Position numbers and translations under genes: made by a program
From: Geosiphon pyriformis uo1
Lineage: Eukaryota > Fungi > Glomeromycota
DNA: 64,000 nt
Assembly: GCA_016748015.1 (NCBI GenBank)
Contig: JAAOMT010000597.1
Coordinates: 434,001-498,000 of the forward strand
Direction: 5' to 3'
The notes under the pieces: model-generated
What the model saw: only the letters and a program-made list of their open reading frames with translations
Told to the model about the DNA's origin: nothing
Database searches by the model: none
Shown here: one piece after another, positions 13,801-26,648 of the stretch
Layout: each line of letters begins with the position of its first letter
Numbering within the stretch: the first letter of the stretch is position 1

Positions 13801-16800
13801 TTTTATAAACAACATTCATGAGTTACTGAAATGTTGTTGGTGTATTAAAAAGTCTAAATAACATAATATTAAACTCATAGTTTTCTCTTTGAGTTGTAAA
13901 TACTGTTTTAAGATGATCTTTAAAGTTTATTTCGACTTGCCAGTATCTATTTTTCAAGTTTAATGTTGAAAAGAACTTGGCTTTTCCCAAAGCATCTAAC
14001 ATATTGTCAATTTTTAAAAATGGGTATGTATCTTTAATTATAACACTATTCAATTAACAATAGTTAACACAAAATCTGATTTTTCTATTTTTTTTTAATA
14101 AAAACCACTGATAAGACTTATAAACTTTTTGATGATTAAATTAATCTATTATTAAGCATTTTTTGAATCTTTTTTTTAATAAATTGGTGGCTAGAAGATA
14201 GAACTTGGTAAGCTTGTTGTCATTTTAGTGAAGCATTTTCTGTATGGATTTGGTGTTGAACAATATTTGTTTTTCCTAAATCATTGTTATCTTTTGCAAA
14301 TATATTGGCATATTTAACAATTAACTGTTTTAGTTGTTTTTGTTGTTGGAGTTCTAAGGGGCCCATGTTGATTCAAAAAAGTTTTTCTTCTAAAATGTAA
14401 TAGTTTTTAATAGTAGAAGTGATGTTTGGATTTAAAAATAAGATATATTTCACAATTACAATAAAATTATTAACAATCTAAAGGGTTTCATTTTGAAAGA
14501 TATTGCTATATATAATTCCAATTTCTAATTTATTTAATAAAATAATAGAGTAATTGTTCAGGTTGTAGAATGTAACTTGAAATTTCTTCATTTTTTGTGG
14601 AATATAAACATTTAGAATTGAAATTTCATGCTTTAAACAGATTTTTTTATTGAATTCAAAGATTTGTTGAATGATAGTAGACTTAAAACAAATGTAAATT
14701 TTATAATATTCTTTAAAAAATAAAATAGTAATTGGTAAGATTTATTTTGTGCATTAAGAGCTATGTTTATTAGAACTATAAATTATTTAGTTGAACCAAA
14801 ATTTTGGATTCCTCTTTTGCTTTTTTTTAGTTGTTTTTTGTTGTTAACTGATTGCAAATCTGAAATGTTAATTAAAAGTAGATAAATAGCTTAAGTAATC
14901 TTCTCTATATGTTTAATTTTAAATAGTTTGTCAGTTTTATTTTGTAGCATGATAGTAATGTCTTCAGTATATCTTGTATTTATGACTCCTCCTTTGACAT
15001 TGATTTTTTTGCTTGCCAATAATAATCAGGAAGCAATTTAAATTATTGCTTCTGGTAGTATTTCAAGAGCAATTTTTAAGTTGATCTTTGTTAAGGTTTT
15101 TGGTTAGAAGACCAAAGTGTTTTTTTCTGGATATTGTAAATTATATTCAGCATTTATTTCGTGTGTTTTTTCTGGTTTGATTCTTTGGCCATTGTTGTTA
15201 AAATATTTGAGTTGTATGGCAGGCTGATTTTCAGTAAGATAGATTAGTATTATTGCAATTTTTTTTTTTGGTTTGGGTTTCCTAAATTTGATTTTGTATT
15301 CATTACTTTTACTGGACAGAAAAATGCTAATTATATAGTATTCTGAACATTATTGGTTATCACAAAGCATAATATATTCTTCATATAGTTGAATGTTCAT
15401 TTGTTTTAATTATTAAATTTAAGCTTTTTTGGTTAAATAAACATAACTTGTGGTTTGATAATAGGTTTTTATTTTATTTTCATAATTAAATCCAGCTAAT
15501 TTTAGTGTATATTTGATATATTCTGCTTTTTTTATCTAGCAAACATCTTTTTATGTGGCTCTATTAATTAAAGCCATTGCTAAATCAAAGATCATTTCAG
15601 TATTATAAAAGTAATAATAGAGTTTATTAAAAATACTGTTGTATACTGCATTGAAAGGTGTTCTTTTTTTGATTTTTTTTGAGATTAATAAGACATATTG
15701 ACAGGTTTGATCACATACTTTTTCTCTTATTGTAATATTAATTCAGTTGTATTTTTCTGGTAGCATTTTTCTACATATAAGACAAGAAGTATTGTCCCAT
15801 TTTTCACTTTGTTTGAGGTATTCAAATTGTTTTTTATGACATGCTTTGCAAAAATAGCAGATATATGTTTTATATTTTTCTTTTAGAGATATATATGCTC
15901 CTATTGATAAAAGTTTCTTCTTGTAATCTTTACATTTAAGTAAAATATAGGGTAGTTGTTTTTATAGTTCTGGTATAGAGTATTGAACAACATTATATTT
16001 TCTAGTTTCTTCAAAAATTTTTTGTTCTGTTTCTTCAGCCTAATTGGATGTTAATCTAAAAGTTATAAAGATTTTGATCACTGGTTTTTCTTTTTTCACT
16101 TCAAATTCAAATACTGGTGCTTTTTTTGTTTTTTTGTTGAAAGTATCACAAATAACAAGTACTTAGATATATTGTTTTTGATATGAAATCTTGAGTTTTT
16201 AAGTTTTTTAGTCTAGATTTGCATTGGCTTTAAAAAGCCAATTATTTCTAATTAGAGCTTAATATTAAGATGCATCTATAACAAGAACTTTAATTAGAAT
16301 AGTGATTCCATCAATTGTAAAGAAAAAATTATCAATTTCTTCTACTAAAGTTTTCTTTATACTATTAGCTGTAACAATAACTGTTTGGGTGGATCTGTTA
16401 ACAGTTTATTAAAGCTGTTGTATTAATTAGTAGATAATAATATTTTCAGTAGATTTACTGTTTAATATTGACTTAATTGGTTTTCTTTCAACTTTAACTT
16501 CTGTGTATATAGCTGTAATTGCTTTTTGTTCATTAACTGCGACATTACTAAATAATGATGGTGATTTATTGACTTCAAATTCAAAAGAAAATATATCTGA
16601 AAAATTGGTATTTTGGGCGATTTTGGCTGGTAGAATTGTGTTCTTAGAAGAGTTTTGTTTTAATGCTGCAGCTTTACTTTCAAAAAGTGCAATTTGTTAA
16701 AAATTCTGTTCTGCTGACATTGCTAAATAACTGAGTTAAGTATAGTAGTAATTAAGTCTCTGCTGAACAGAATTTTGGAGAACTAATTGGTTGTTTGGGT

Positions 16801-18590
16801 TAATTCTGTTGTTATTACTCTGAAAACAATTTTGAAATGTAAATTGGTTTTGTTAAACTAATCTTTAAGCAGGTATTTAATATTGTTGAGTAGATAGTAA
16901 TTGATATTGCTGAATTAATAGAGATTGCTAATATTGATGCTGTATAGGTTGTAAAGCAGATTAATAGTAATTGTTTTGATTTTGTGGTTTTAGTGAGTAA
17001 TAAGTTGGTAATGAAAGTTAATAATAAAATTGCTGTAGTAAAAAATAATATTGATTATTTCTGTTTTGTTGGTCTTATTATAATTTTTTGTAATTTCATT
17101 TCCAATGTTTTGAAATTTCACAATAATGACAGCTTTGTGGTTGGTTGTTAGATAATAAGAGGTAATTGTTTTGATTGTGTTATCAGAATGACTAATATCT
17201 TTGTAGTTGTTGCTGTTGTTGTTAATTGGTAAAATAATTTTTGATCTTCTTTGTAAGTTGGTCAATCTTTTCTTCCATTGTTGAGCTGGTTTTTTCAATA
17301 ACAAAATTCACAAGTTTTGTTTGGTTTGTTTTTTCTATTGCCATTTCATAGTTTTTTACATATTGAATGGCTGTTGCTAAGTCTGCTAGAGCATGTGAAT
17401 AAACTTTCTTAATTAGTTTATTTTTTAATCTTGCAATAAAGTAATTCAAAATTTGGGCATTGGAATAGTAGTTGTTAGTTTCTAATTGTCAAATTTGTTA
17501 AAGAAGTTTGTTGAATTTCTCAAGATAAATTATAACAGATTCAAATGGTTCTTGTTTGATGTTTTAGAATCAGTTTCAGAGTATGATAGATGTGTTGTTG
17601 TTGATAAATTGTTGTAAAAAAGCATCTTTAAATGCTTGTCAGTTTTCAAAAAGTTTATCTAAGTTTTCAAATTATTTGTCTGCAGTTCCTTGCAGAAAAT
17701 ATAAAATAGATGTAAGCATTCTCACAGCATTCTATCTATTTGCATCTCCTGTTTTTAGAACTTTATTAAGTCATTCTTGTGAATTGGTGTCAGCATTTTT
17801 TCTTATGAATTCAGTAATTTTTGCAATATATGTAGTTGTTATTTTTTTTTTGTTTTTGGTAGTTTTTTCTTGTTCTGATTTAGTTTCTTCACTTTCTAAG
17901 TTCTCTGAATAATTATTTTGATTTTCTTGTAAGTAATTAAGAAGATTGATTGATATTGGTTTTTGCTATTAAGTAGGATTTTTAGAGGACTGAAAATTTT
18001 TTAGTTTTGAAAACTGGATAAGTAGTAAGTTTAGAGTTTGCTGTTGAGCAAATAAAGCTGAAAATGATGTAATTGAGAATAGAAGTTTGATATTAGTTCT
18101 TTGTTTTGGAGTTTGCAAGTGTTTTGCAGTTATTTTTGGTGTTTTTAGGGTGTTTGAAGTGGTTCTTGAGTGTTGTTTTAATTTTTGTTTGTTTTTGTTA
18201 CTTGTTTCAGTTTCTAACTCAAAATCAAAAGAAAATTTAGATTGTACAGAGTATTTTTCCTCACAATATTAAATAATATTGTAGTTAAGTTCTTGAAAGT
18301 AAGTGTCAAGTATTTGACTGTTGAAATCTTCAGTGTTTAGGTGAAAATAGTATAACAGATTTTCATATAAGTTGTGTTTAATTTCTGAGATGTTATAGTT
18401 TCCAAAAAAATAATTGTTAATAGGGTTTTCAATATACTGGTAGAGTGTCTTCTTAAAATTTTTAATTCCGTCTTGAATGTTAAATTTTTGCTTGTAATAA
18501 GTGTAAATTAACTGATAATACTCTATAGTTGTTATTTTTGGTGTGATTACTAATTTGAAGTTGTTATTGCTGTGTTATTTTTGTAAGAGA
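10847..18590 (-). pseudogene. Gypsy-1 gag-pol, disrupted (gag ~16990-18590, protease ~16200-16520, Cys-rich domain ~15320-15960, dUTPase ~14780-15190, RT ~13400-14130, RNase H ~13000-13380, integrase ~10850-12000)
   Basis: ORF 13823-14053 carries RT motifs (DTYP..KID..LDALGKAKFFSTL..YWQV). RNase H reads YPDFNKQFQLATNAS. Integrase reads YFTK*SEARAIQKADA. The C-terminus is LEPIVVVKQ*. Confidence 0.88.
11995..13034. repeat. Tandem triplication of a ~345-bp unit at the RNase H/integrase junction of Gypsy-1
   Basis: ATGTTGTATAAAATTG recurs at 12001, 12347 and 12692. Three near-identical ORFs MET[LF]..ENWSLS start at 12174, 12519 and 12866. Confidence 0.95.
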
Positions 18591-18596
18591 GCACCA
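18579..18596 (-). promoter_or_regulatory. Gypsy-1 primer-binding site
   Basis: TGGTGCTCTC on minus, 2 nt inside the 5' LTR. Primer tRNA identity not determined. Confidence 0.8.
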
Positions 18597-18598
18597 AA

Positions 18599-18907
18599 TA
18601 TTACCAGATATTTTTGGTCTCTTTTTTTGAATGTTGTTAATGCTTATTGTTTGTGAATTTATGTTTTCTGGAAGTAGTTAGATCTCTGATAACTGAATTT
18701 ATCTTCAAATTATCTCCTATAATTTGAACTGCTGAGCTTATAAGTGAAATGATCAATTCTATGCCAGTTATTTTATGTAGTTACATTGTAGTAAATATTA
18801 ACTTTTTCCCAGAAATTGCTTGTCTAAAAGCTTATTAAAATGTGTAATTACTTTGCTGTAAAAGTTAACTCTTCTACAAGAATCTTGTCTGTAGGCTACT
18901 TTAATAT
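18599..18907 (-). repeat. Gypsy-1 5' LTR, U5-side piece (rest at 36801-37458)
   Basis: Matches 9019-9327 and stops at TTTAATAT, where the LINE-B poly(A) begins. Confidence 0.9.
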
Positions 18908-19044
18908 ATTTTTTTTTATTAAGCATTTTAATGAGTAAAGCCCAACTGCTATCTAGCACATAGAGCCAAACTAAGTGGCCCAAACTAAACACGACTCATG
19001 TACTTACTACATGTGGCTAGCCACTTGGGCCAGTCAAGGCAATA

Positions 19045-22000
19045 CTACACATCTATATTAACACACACATCACCACCCAAACCAGAGAAAAAATAACACA
19101 GTCTATGATGACCGAAGCTAACAGCAAAAGATTCAACAACACCAAGTAATCTGACCACCCCATTAGACAACATTGAAGACACATTACAGAAAAGACCAGA
19201 AATCACACCTCCATCAACAACCAAGCCAGCTTTTTCTATCCACACTCTGTGTTCAGATCTTACCAATCACACCTTTACACAATGCAATTCCATAACAAAC
19301 CTAACAAAATTGACAATCTTATCAACAGCCTGCTTTTTATCATCAAAAACATTCTGAGTCTCTTCACATCACTTATTCAACACAAAATTTTTACAAACAA
19401 TAGAATACAAGCTAACATCCAAAGAACAGACAGACAAGGCCCACAAAATAGTAAAAGATGACAAATTACAGATACCAGCCACAGAAATCCAATGAACAAA
19501 AGTCTCAGCCAGAACTTCATTATGAACAGCTATATTTTGAGCACACATAAAGACATGATCCAAAAACTCCACCTCACCACACAGCAAGCACAGCACACTA
19601 GAATATCTCTTATCATACAACTTTTTCTGAACTGCCACTGGAAGACACCTGTGCACAACCTTCATCAAATAAGTACGCAAGTTCAAAGAATTCTGACTAA
19701 TGAACTCAGCAAGCATGTCAGAGTTGAGATGCCACATTTTTGTAGTCAAAATCCAGTCCATATTTGCTACCAGCCCATCAGAAACCACACCACACCCAGG
19801 CCCAGCCTCCCAGTAAGCATGACTAACAGACTGGAAAATGTCTCTAACAAAATGATAAGCATTGCCAGAAACCGCAGTGTTTTCAGCCACCAAAAACTGC
19901 TTACAAACCCCAGCCAACAGTGTGAAAGAAGACTGAGCAGCCTTCCCAGCTGCCAAATCAGCCTTAACATTGCCAAAGATATCAGAATACCTCTTGACCT
20001 TAACCCAAATCACCTTAAGATCTTTATCTCGAATCAAATTAAAAATATGATGCCTCTCTAACAAGCATTGGTTTCGAAAATTAGACACAGCGGATGACAG
20101 TTCTGACAAGCAAAAGTTGATAGCTGCCTGGCTATCAATATGCAAAACTAACTTACATGAAGATAGAACACATTCAAGAGACAAAGCAATGGCCTGCAAC
20201 TTAGCAAGAGTGGATGACAAAAAACCATGAATCACAATCCCAACACTCAAATCCAAAGCCAAAAAATATGCAGCAGCATCACAAGTAACATCAGCAGATC
20301 CAGCACCTTTCAAAAACCCATCAATGTATACCTTAAAACAATTAGACCAGATATTATGCAAGCTATCTTTCACAGCAGAAAACACATCAGACTCCAAAAT
20401 GTTTAAACCACCAGATTGACCAGACCCAGTAGAGCTGGGCAAAAAAAAATTATGGGCCAACAAAAACTCAGAAGCAATTGAGAACCAGTGAGGTACAGGG
20501 CCTCGAGAATCCAACTTCTTCTAGCAACAAAAAGTTTTCCAATCAAGCAAACTACCCTTTTTGCTTAAGAGACAGTCACCAAAAACAATCCCAAATTTTT
20601 TCAGAGATCAGACAGAATTAAAATACAAAGAATTCCCAAGAATTGATGACATTGGAAAATAACCAAAACTATAAAAGGCATTGAGAAGGTTATTTACCAA
20701 AGAAAGTTTATTGTCCAAAAAAATCTTTACAATTCCAGCCAAAAAATTGTCAACTGGACTAACATGCAGCTTGACAGGAAACTGGAATGGGTTTAGAGAA
20801 GCCCAACCAAGAATCTGCAAGTCCAAAAATCTATGATTAAATAAACGTCCAAGAACACCAGAGGCATTAGAAAAAAACACCAGAGCAGCAATCTTTCTTT
20901 CAGACTGCACTTGCTCAAAAGTTTTCAAGCCATACAAAGAAGGGTGGTGCAAAGCAGCATTGAGAAAATCACGAGACAGCCCAGCCTTAGACTTAAGACC
21001 TTTCCTAACCATAACATCCCACTTGTGACAAACACCAGATGAGACATAACTAAACTGAATCTGGTAGCTAATAATAGGCTGCAAGATGGCAGAAACCAAG
21101 TATGAGTACTGTTTATCTGTAATAGTCTTTCTAAGTACAACATTAACAAAAAAACAAATATCCAAATGGGCCTTAGCAATACTTGGCTTAGACAATCTCT
21201 CTGTAGACAAAAAAATCCTCAGATAACAATGTGCTTTGCCCTTTTTGGCAATAGAAATTGGTTGACCACAAATATTTAGAGAGGCAATTTTAACATCCTG
21301 ATTAATGGAAATAGTCACTGTTTTATTATTATTAATAGAAATATTATTAATCTCGAAGAATTCACTGGCAATGTTCAGAGCATACTGAGTAGAGGCTTGA
21401 CAATTCCCAACCCAAATTGTGTCATCAACAAAGATGCCAGCTGCAAAATAAGACATCATTCTACCAATACCTTTGATCCTACCCGTTTTCATGACAAACT
21501 TCAAATCAATGTAGTACCCACACAACTGCTCATGTCTTTTCACCTTGCACAAGAGTGGATTATAGAAAATCTTCCACAAAAGAGGTGAAAAAACTTTACT
21601 CTAATCCAAACCATTATGAACTTTATAACCATCCAATAAGCCAAAATCAGGCATTACTCTGTTAACTCTGTCCTTATGGATATTACCAAAAAACCCAATG
21701 AATCTTTCACACATTTTGATGTGCTACAAGCTAGCTCTTAAATGATGCCAACCAACAGAATCATACACCTTTTGCATATCCTGTAACACCAACCAGACTT
21801 CTCTGTTTTTTTCGAGAGCATTCTCCATTACTGACCCAACCACAAACACCAGGAACTGCATGGACATGTCATGAAACACCAAAAAGTTGTCATCTTAGAG
21901 AACACCAAACTTGCTACATGCCAATGATATATAATTAGACAGAATTTTAGACAAAATTTTCCTAGCAGTTTCAATTAAAGCAATAGGTTGAGTGTTTGTA

Positions 22001-23735
22001 AGGACTCCATCCCAGTTATAAGACTTAAGAATCATCAAAACTCATGCTTTCTTCTACAAAGCAGACACCATACCAACAGATAAACACATGTTCAACAACA
22101 CCAAAAGACACTTCAACACTTCTTTACCACCATGTTTTTATAGTTTGTTAGAAATATCAGACAGGCCAGTGGTTTTGCCATTAGGCAGACCACCAACAAC
22201 TGAAAACAATACATCCAAACTAATTGCATCTATTACACCAGAAAAAGTATCATCTCTAACATAGTTCAAAAGTGCATATTGATGAGCCCAAAGACCAGGA
22301 AGCACAGGAGACACTACACATTTCCTCATCCAACCTTCCATGATACTGTTAACACTCAACCTCACCTCATTTGGCTCCAAAATCAACTCATCATTGACCA
22401 TTAAATGATCCAACACCACCTTTTAAAAAGACCTATCTAAGACACTTCTGATCATATTCCCCTTATCCGAACAAAACTTCTCCATGCGCTTTTTAACAGC
22501 CTCTCTAATAGAAGCTTCCTGTGCCAATTTTGATTTATGTAATTTAGACTTCCTATACCTCTTTCTGATAAGTAACAAATATTTAAGAATATCCTCCGAT
22601 TTTCGACTATTGCAAACCATGTCTTTTAAAGCAAGAACATTAACAGCATTCAAAGATGTCCACTTCTTTGCAAGATGATCGAAACCAAGAATATTAACAG
22701 AGCCCAGTTTTTTGACAATTTTGGCAACCAACAGCTCTAATTCTAGAAATTTAGAAAATCACAAATTCTTTGAACACTGAAAAACACTGAACCAATGTCT
22801 AGAAAATATCTCATCAGTAGAATTCACCAAAGCCTTTTACAGCAATGACCACATAGCATCCAAATTATGATCAGCAGTAATGGCCAAAAACTCAGCCTTT
22901 ACCATCAAAATTTTGGCGGAGGAGCAGTCCCTAAAATAAAACCACCCAATACTGTCTGTATCTTTGATTTTGAACCTTCAACAATCTTTATTAGTCTGCT
23001 TATGCAAACTATTCAACTGAATATTCAAGAGCCCACCCAAACCAACTGATATAGTAACAGCATTGTAATCCGTATTAAAAAATTCAGAAACAGAACCAAC
23101 TCAATGTTTAGCAACAGTGAAAAACAGACTCTTACTAACAAAAATGTAATCAATAGTCTTCTCAACACCTCTTGAATTGCATCAAGTAAGAGTATTAACC
23201 AAACAATGACTAGTAAATGAATTGACCAGACCCAAATTTAGGCAGAACCTGAAACTTGCACTCTTTCCAGACCCACATTCATTAAAATCTTCACCCAGAA
23301 CCACAAAAGTGCTGGAGTTAATAGCCTTAGCAATAATAAAGTTCATCTTAGATGCCTGCCCAAAATAAATGCTAGAGAAAGCACCAGCATACAAACCAAG
23401 TACAGTTACAGAGAGCTTGCCTTTGAATAGAAGCCGCACCGAAACAACCTGACCAGGCATCTTCTTAATCTTAGACACATGCTAAGCCAGAGAATTGTCC
23501 ATATTAACAGCCACTCCAGCACCAAAAAAACCTTCTTCCAAACCTGACATGAAGACACATATACTCTCAAACTTATTAGCAATCCATGGCTTAATATTGA
23601 ACCTCAATTTAGTTTCTGTGACAAAGGACATTATATTACCAGAATTCATATGCCAATGCACAATGTCCACCTGCTTGGCAAGAACATTGATACCTCAGAC
23701 ATTATATGTACCAAATTTCCAAACTAACTCATTTA
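19045..23735 (-). pseudogene. LINE-B ORF2, disrupted
   Basis: Endonuclease (VTETKL, VVLGEDFN), RT (PIALIETARKI, LQDM.K.YDSVGW, AAGIFVDDTIW), RNase H (VYIDG, LQAIALSL, IDSQAAI, WVKVK...GNVKAD) and C-terminal CLLCGEVEFLDHVFMC. Confidence 0.92.
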
Positions 23736-24474
23736 TTGAGAGACAATAGAAGCTGGTGAATCCAAACCAGAACACAAACAATCCAACTTTTCCAAAACCA
23801 ACTTAACTGACACTTCCAAAGCCACCAACTTAAATTCCAATCCACCCACTTTGGAGGTTAAAACCTTAGAACTACTCAAGCTAAAATTGGTGACTGTGTC
23901 TACAACAATTATAGGAGAAAAGACAGGAGACACCAGTGTATCATCTATGGCCATATCTGAATTCATAACAGAGTCCAAAGGTGCTGGGATAACCAAAAGT
24001 AAGACAGATGACTTGGATGCCAGAGGCACCAATTCCACAAAACTTAGCTTCTTTATAATTTCAAACACCTGATCTGCCAAAAGTTCCAGAGACCTTTCCA
24101 AGACTGCCAAATAATTACTTAAGCCAGAGAAGACTGTAGATGTAGGAGGAGAGATACTACCAAGACCTGAGAGTTCATGAGGAGAGAGATTAGGACCAGA
24201 TCCAGAGAGAATGAAACCACTTGAACCCAAGATTTGCCACCAAAAGCAGTAGGGTGAGATATTTGAACACATTTTTTTTTATACAATTTAGCAAGCCAAA
24301 AATAAACTTTCTCTAAAGCACCTTTTTTGTATAATCTCTTAGATGATGACAACATGATTGCATCTGGTGTATTACATTTAAGAGCCAAATGTCCAAAATG
24401 CCCATACTTTTTACAATGAACCAAATCCATTCTAGCCCAAGAAAGTTTCACCCCATTGAAGATAGACTCCATGT

Positions 24475-25438
24475 TGTTACAGGTGAATATTTCTTTTGTT
24501 GGATTAAATAAAAACCCATAACTTGGTGCTCAAATCGAGTCACAGTTGATGATGATCTAAAAATTTTGGTTGAGTTTTTTATATAATGGACAGAGATTCA
24601 ATGGTGATAGTTTTATCCATAGTTTCTCAAAACCACAGTTTCGTCAATTTTTTTCTCAGCTTAATGGCCAGTATTCCTCCTGGTAAGCTATCCTCAATCG
24701 AGTATTCTACTCTTATTTCTGGGTCTTTTACCAGTCATGTTTATCCTGACGTCAGTGCCCTGTGCGTTAATCCTCAATGGAATTAGTAAACAACAATAAA
24801 CTCAAAACAAGAAAATGAAGAAAAGAAAAAAAAAATAAAGAAAGAAAAGAAATAAGCCAAGGCAATTTGCAAGTTAGTATTCCATTAATAGCCATGATCA
24901 AGAGCTATTGTTCCAGTATGGTTACGTGTTGATTACTATTAACATAAAGTGTTGATAGTGGAAATAGATTTAAGATAACAAATAGTTATTTATTAGATGA
25001 TTGTGATTTGGAGAGTTGCTTAGATTAAATCTAAACTTAAGAGGTCTTACTAAAGAATTCTTTTTTTTTTGTAATTTTAATAATTATGATTTTGCGAGTC
25101 TAATTGATTTTATGAGTCTAATTGACTCCACGAATCAATTGACTCCAAGTCTCATTGACTAATTTTCTAACTTCTGATACTACTGCTATATATACGTATT
25201 TGAAATTCCTCAATTCCTCAATTCTTCATGTCAGGAATCCTGAAATTCTTGGAATTCTGCAATTCCTTTAAGAGGAATCCTGGAATTCTGGAATTCTGCA
25301 ATTTTTTATGTGAGAATCCTGCAATTCCTGGAATCCTGCAATTTCTTTGAGAAGAATCTTGGAATTCCACATTTACTACATCTATCTATGATTGGCTAAT
25401 TTATATGCTAATATACTTCCTATATTTTATGAGTAACA
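24475..25438 (-). repeat. Solo LTR (964 bp) related to the Gypsy-2 LTR, TSD ATGT
   Basis: TGTTAC...GTAACA termini. ATGT at 24471-24474 and 25439-25442. Left ~520 bp homologous to the Gypsy-2 LTRs. No internal domain. Confidence 0.93.
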
Positions 25439-25758
25439 ATGTGAAAGGCAGATTCTAGATCATCATCAGAGGCAAAACCAACTACTGCACAGTGAATCTT
25501 ATTACCAGTTTCTATGGACCTGTTTATGATGCATGTTTTCTCACCAGCTCTTTCCAAAAGATTGCCCAAATCATAAGCAGTTGTTCCCTCAGATAGAGTA
25601 AACAGAAGTGCTCTAAACTGATCCCTAAATGCCTAAGTCTTACAATCTTTCACTGTTTTGGCTACATGTACAGAATCTTTACCAATCAGGAATGACCACT
25701 TTGAGACCAATAAATCAGCTTGGTCTATTTCAGCAAACTTCACCACAGCTTTTTGCTC

Positions 25759-26604
25759 TATTACAGATGATTATTTGGGGTCTCAAATCAAATAACAAAT
25801 CTGTAACTTGGTGCTTGGTTGGTACTTGGGTGTTGATATCTGAAGGTTTTTGTTGCAGAGTTCTTTGTATAATGAACAGAGATTTTAATTAATGGTTTTA
25901 TCTGTAGCTTCCCAAAACTGCAGTTTCATCAAATTTTTTTCTTAGCATAGTGGCTGGTAATCCTCCTGGTAAGCTATCCTCAAATCTATGAGTGTTTTAC
26001 CCTTGTTTCACAGATTTTTTACCAGTCACTATGACATCTGTATTTCAGCGCTTTAATTCTCAATCAATTAGTATACAACAATAAAATCAAATAAAAAGAA
26101 AAAAATAAAATAAAATAAAATAAAAAAATAAGCCAAGACAATGCATAAGTTAGTATTCTGTCAATAGCCATGATCAAGAGCTATTGTTCCAGTAAGATTA
26201 AGTATCAATTACTATCAACATGAAGTGTTAATAGTGAAGAGTGAATTGAGATAGTGAATAATTATTTATTGATATTTGTGATGTGGCAGGTTTCTAATTG
26301 ATAGATTCTGCTTTTTTCTACTTCTAACATTATTGCTATATATATATAATTGATGTTTTATGAGATTGCTCATATTTTTGAATGATGTACTATGATTTTT
26401 TGAGCAATATGCTCTAATTTTCTAACATTGCTTCACATTGCTGAGCAATATACCGTGTTTTTTGACATTGTTCCACATTGCTGAACAATATGCCATAATT
26501 TTTAACATTGCTCCATATTGCCGAGCAATGTGCTCATGTGCTAAATACTATTCAACTATTGATCTACTATTTTCTCTATATCTGTTTCCTTTTCATGAGT
26601 AACA
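25759..26604 (-). repeat. Gypsy-2 3' LTR (846 bp)
   Basis: TATTACA...GAGTAACA. Adjacent PPT AAAAAAGAGGAGATAA on minus (26605-26620). Confidence 0.93.
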
Positions 26605-26648
26605 TTATCTCCTCTTTTTTAATATTGAGCTCCATCGAAATTTTCATT

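Noticed and set aside
19492-20061. 189-aa plus-strand ORF and other antisense ORFs over TEs
   Set aside because: Antisense shadows of TE coding frames with no recognisable motifs.
25200-26540. CRISPR-like or heat-shock-element arrays
   Set aside because: These are degenerate short repeats inside LTRs with no unique spacers or cas genes. GAA/TTC spacing mostly does not fit nGAAn arrays.
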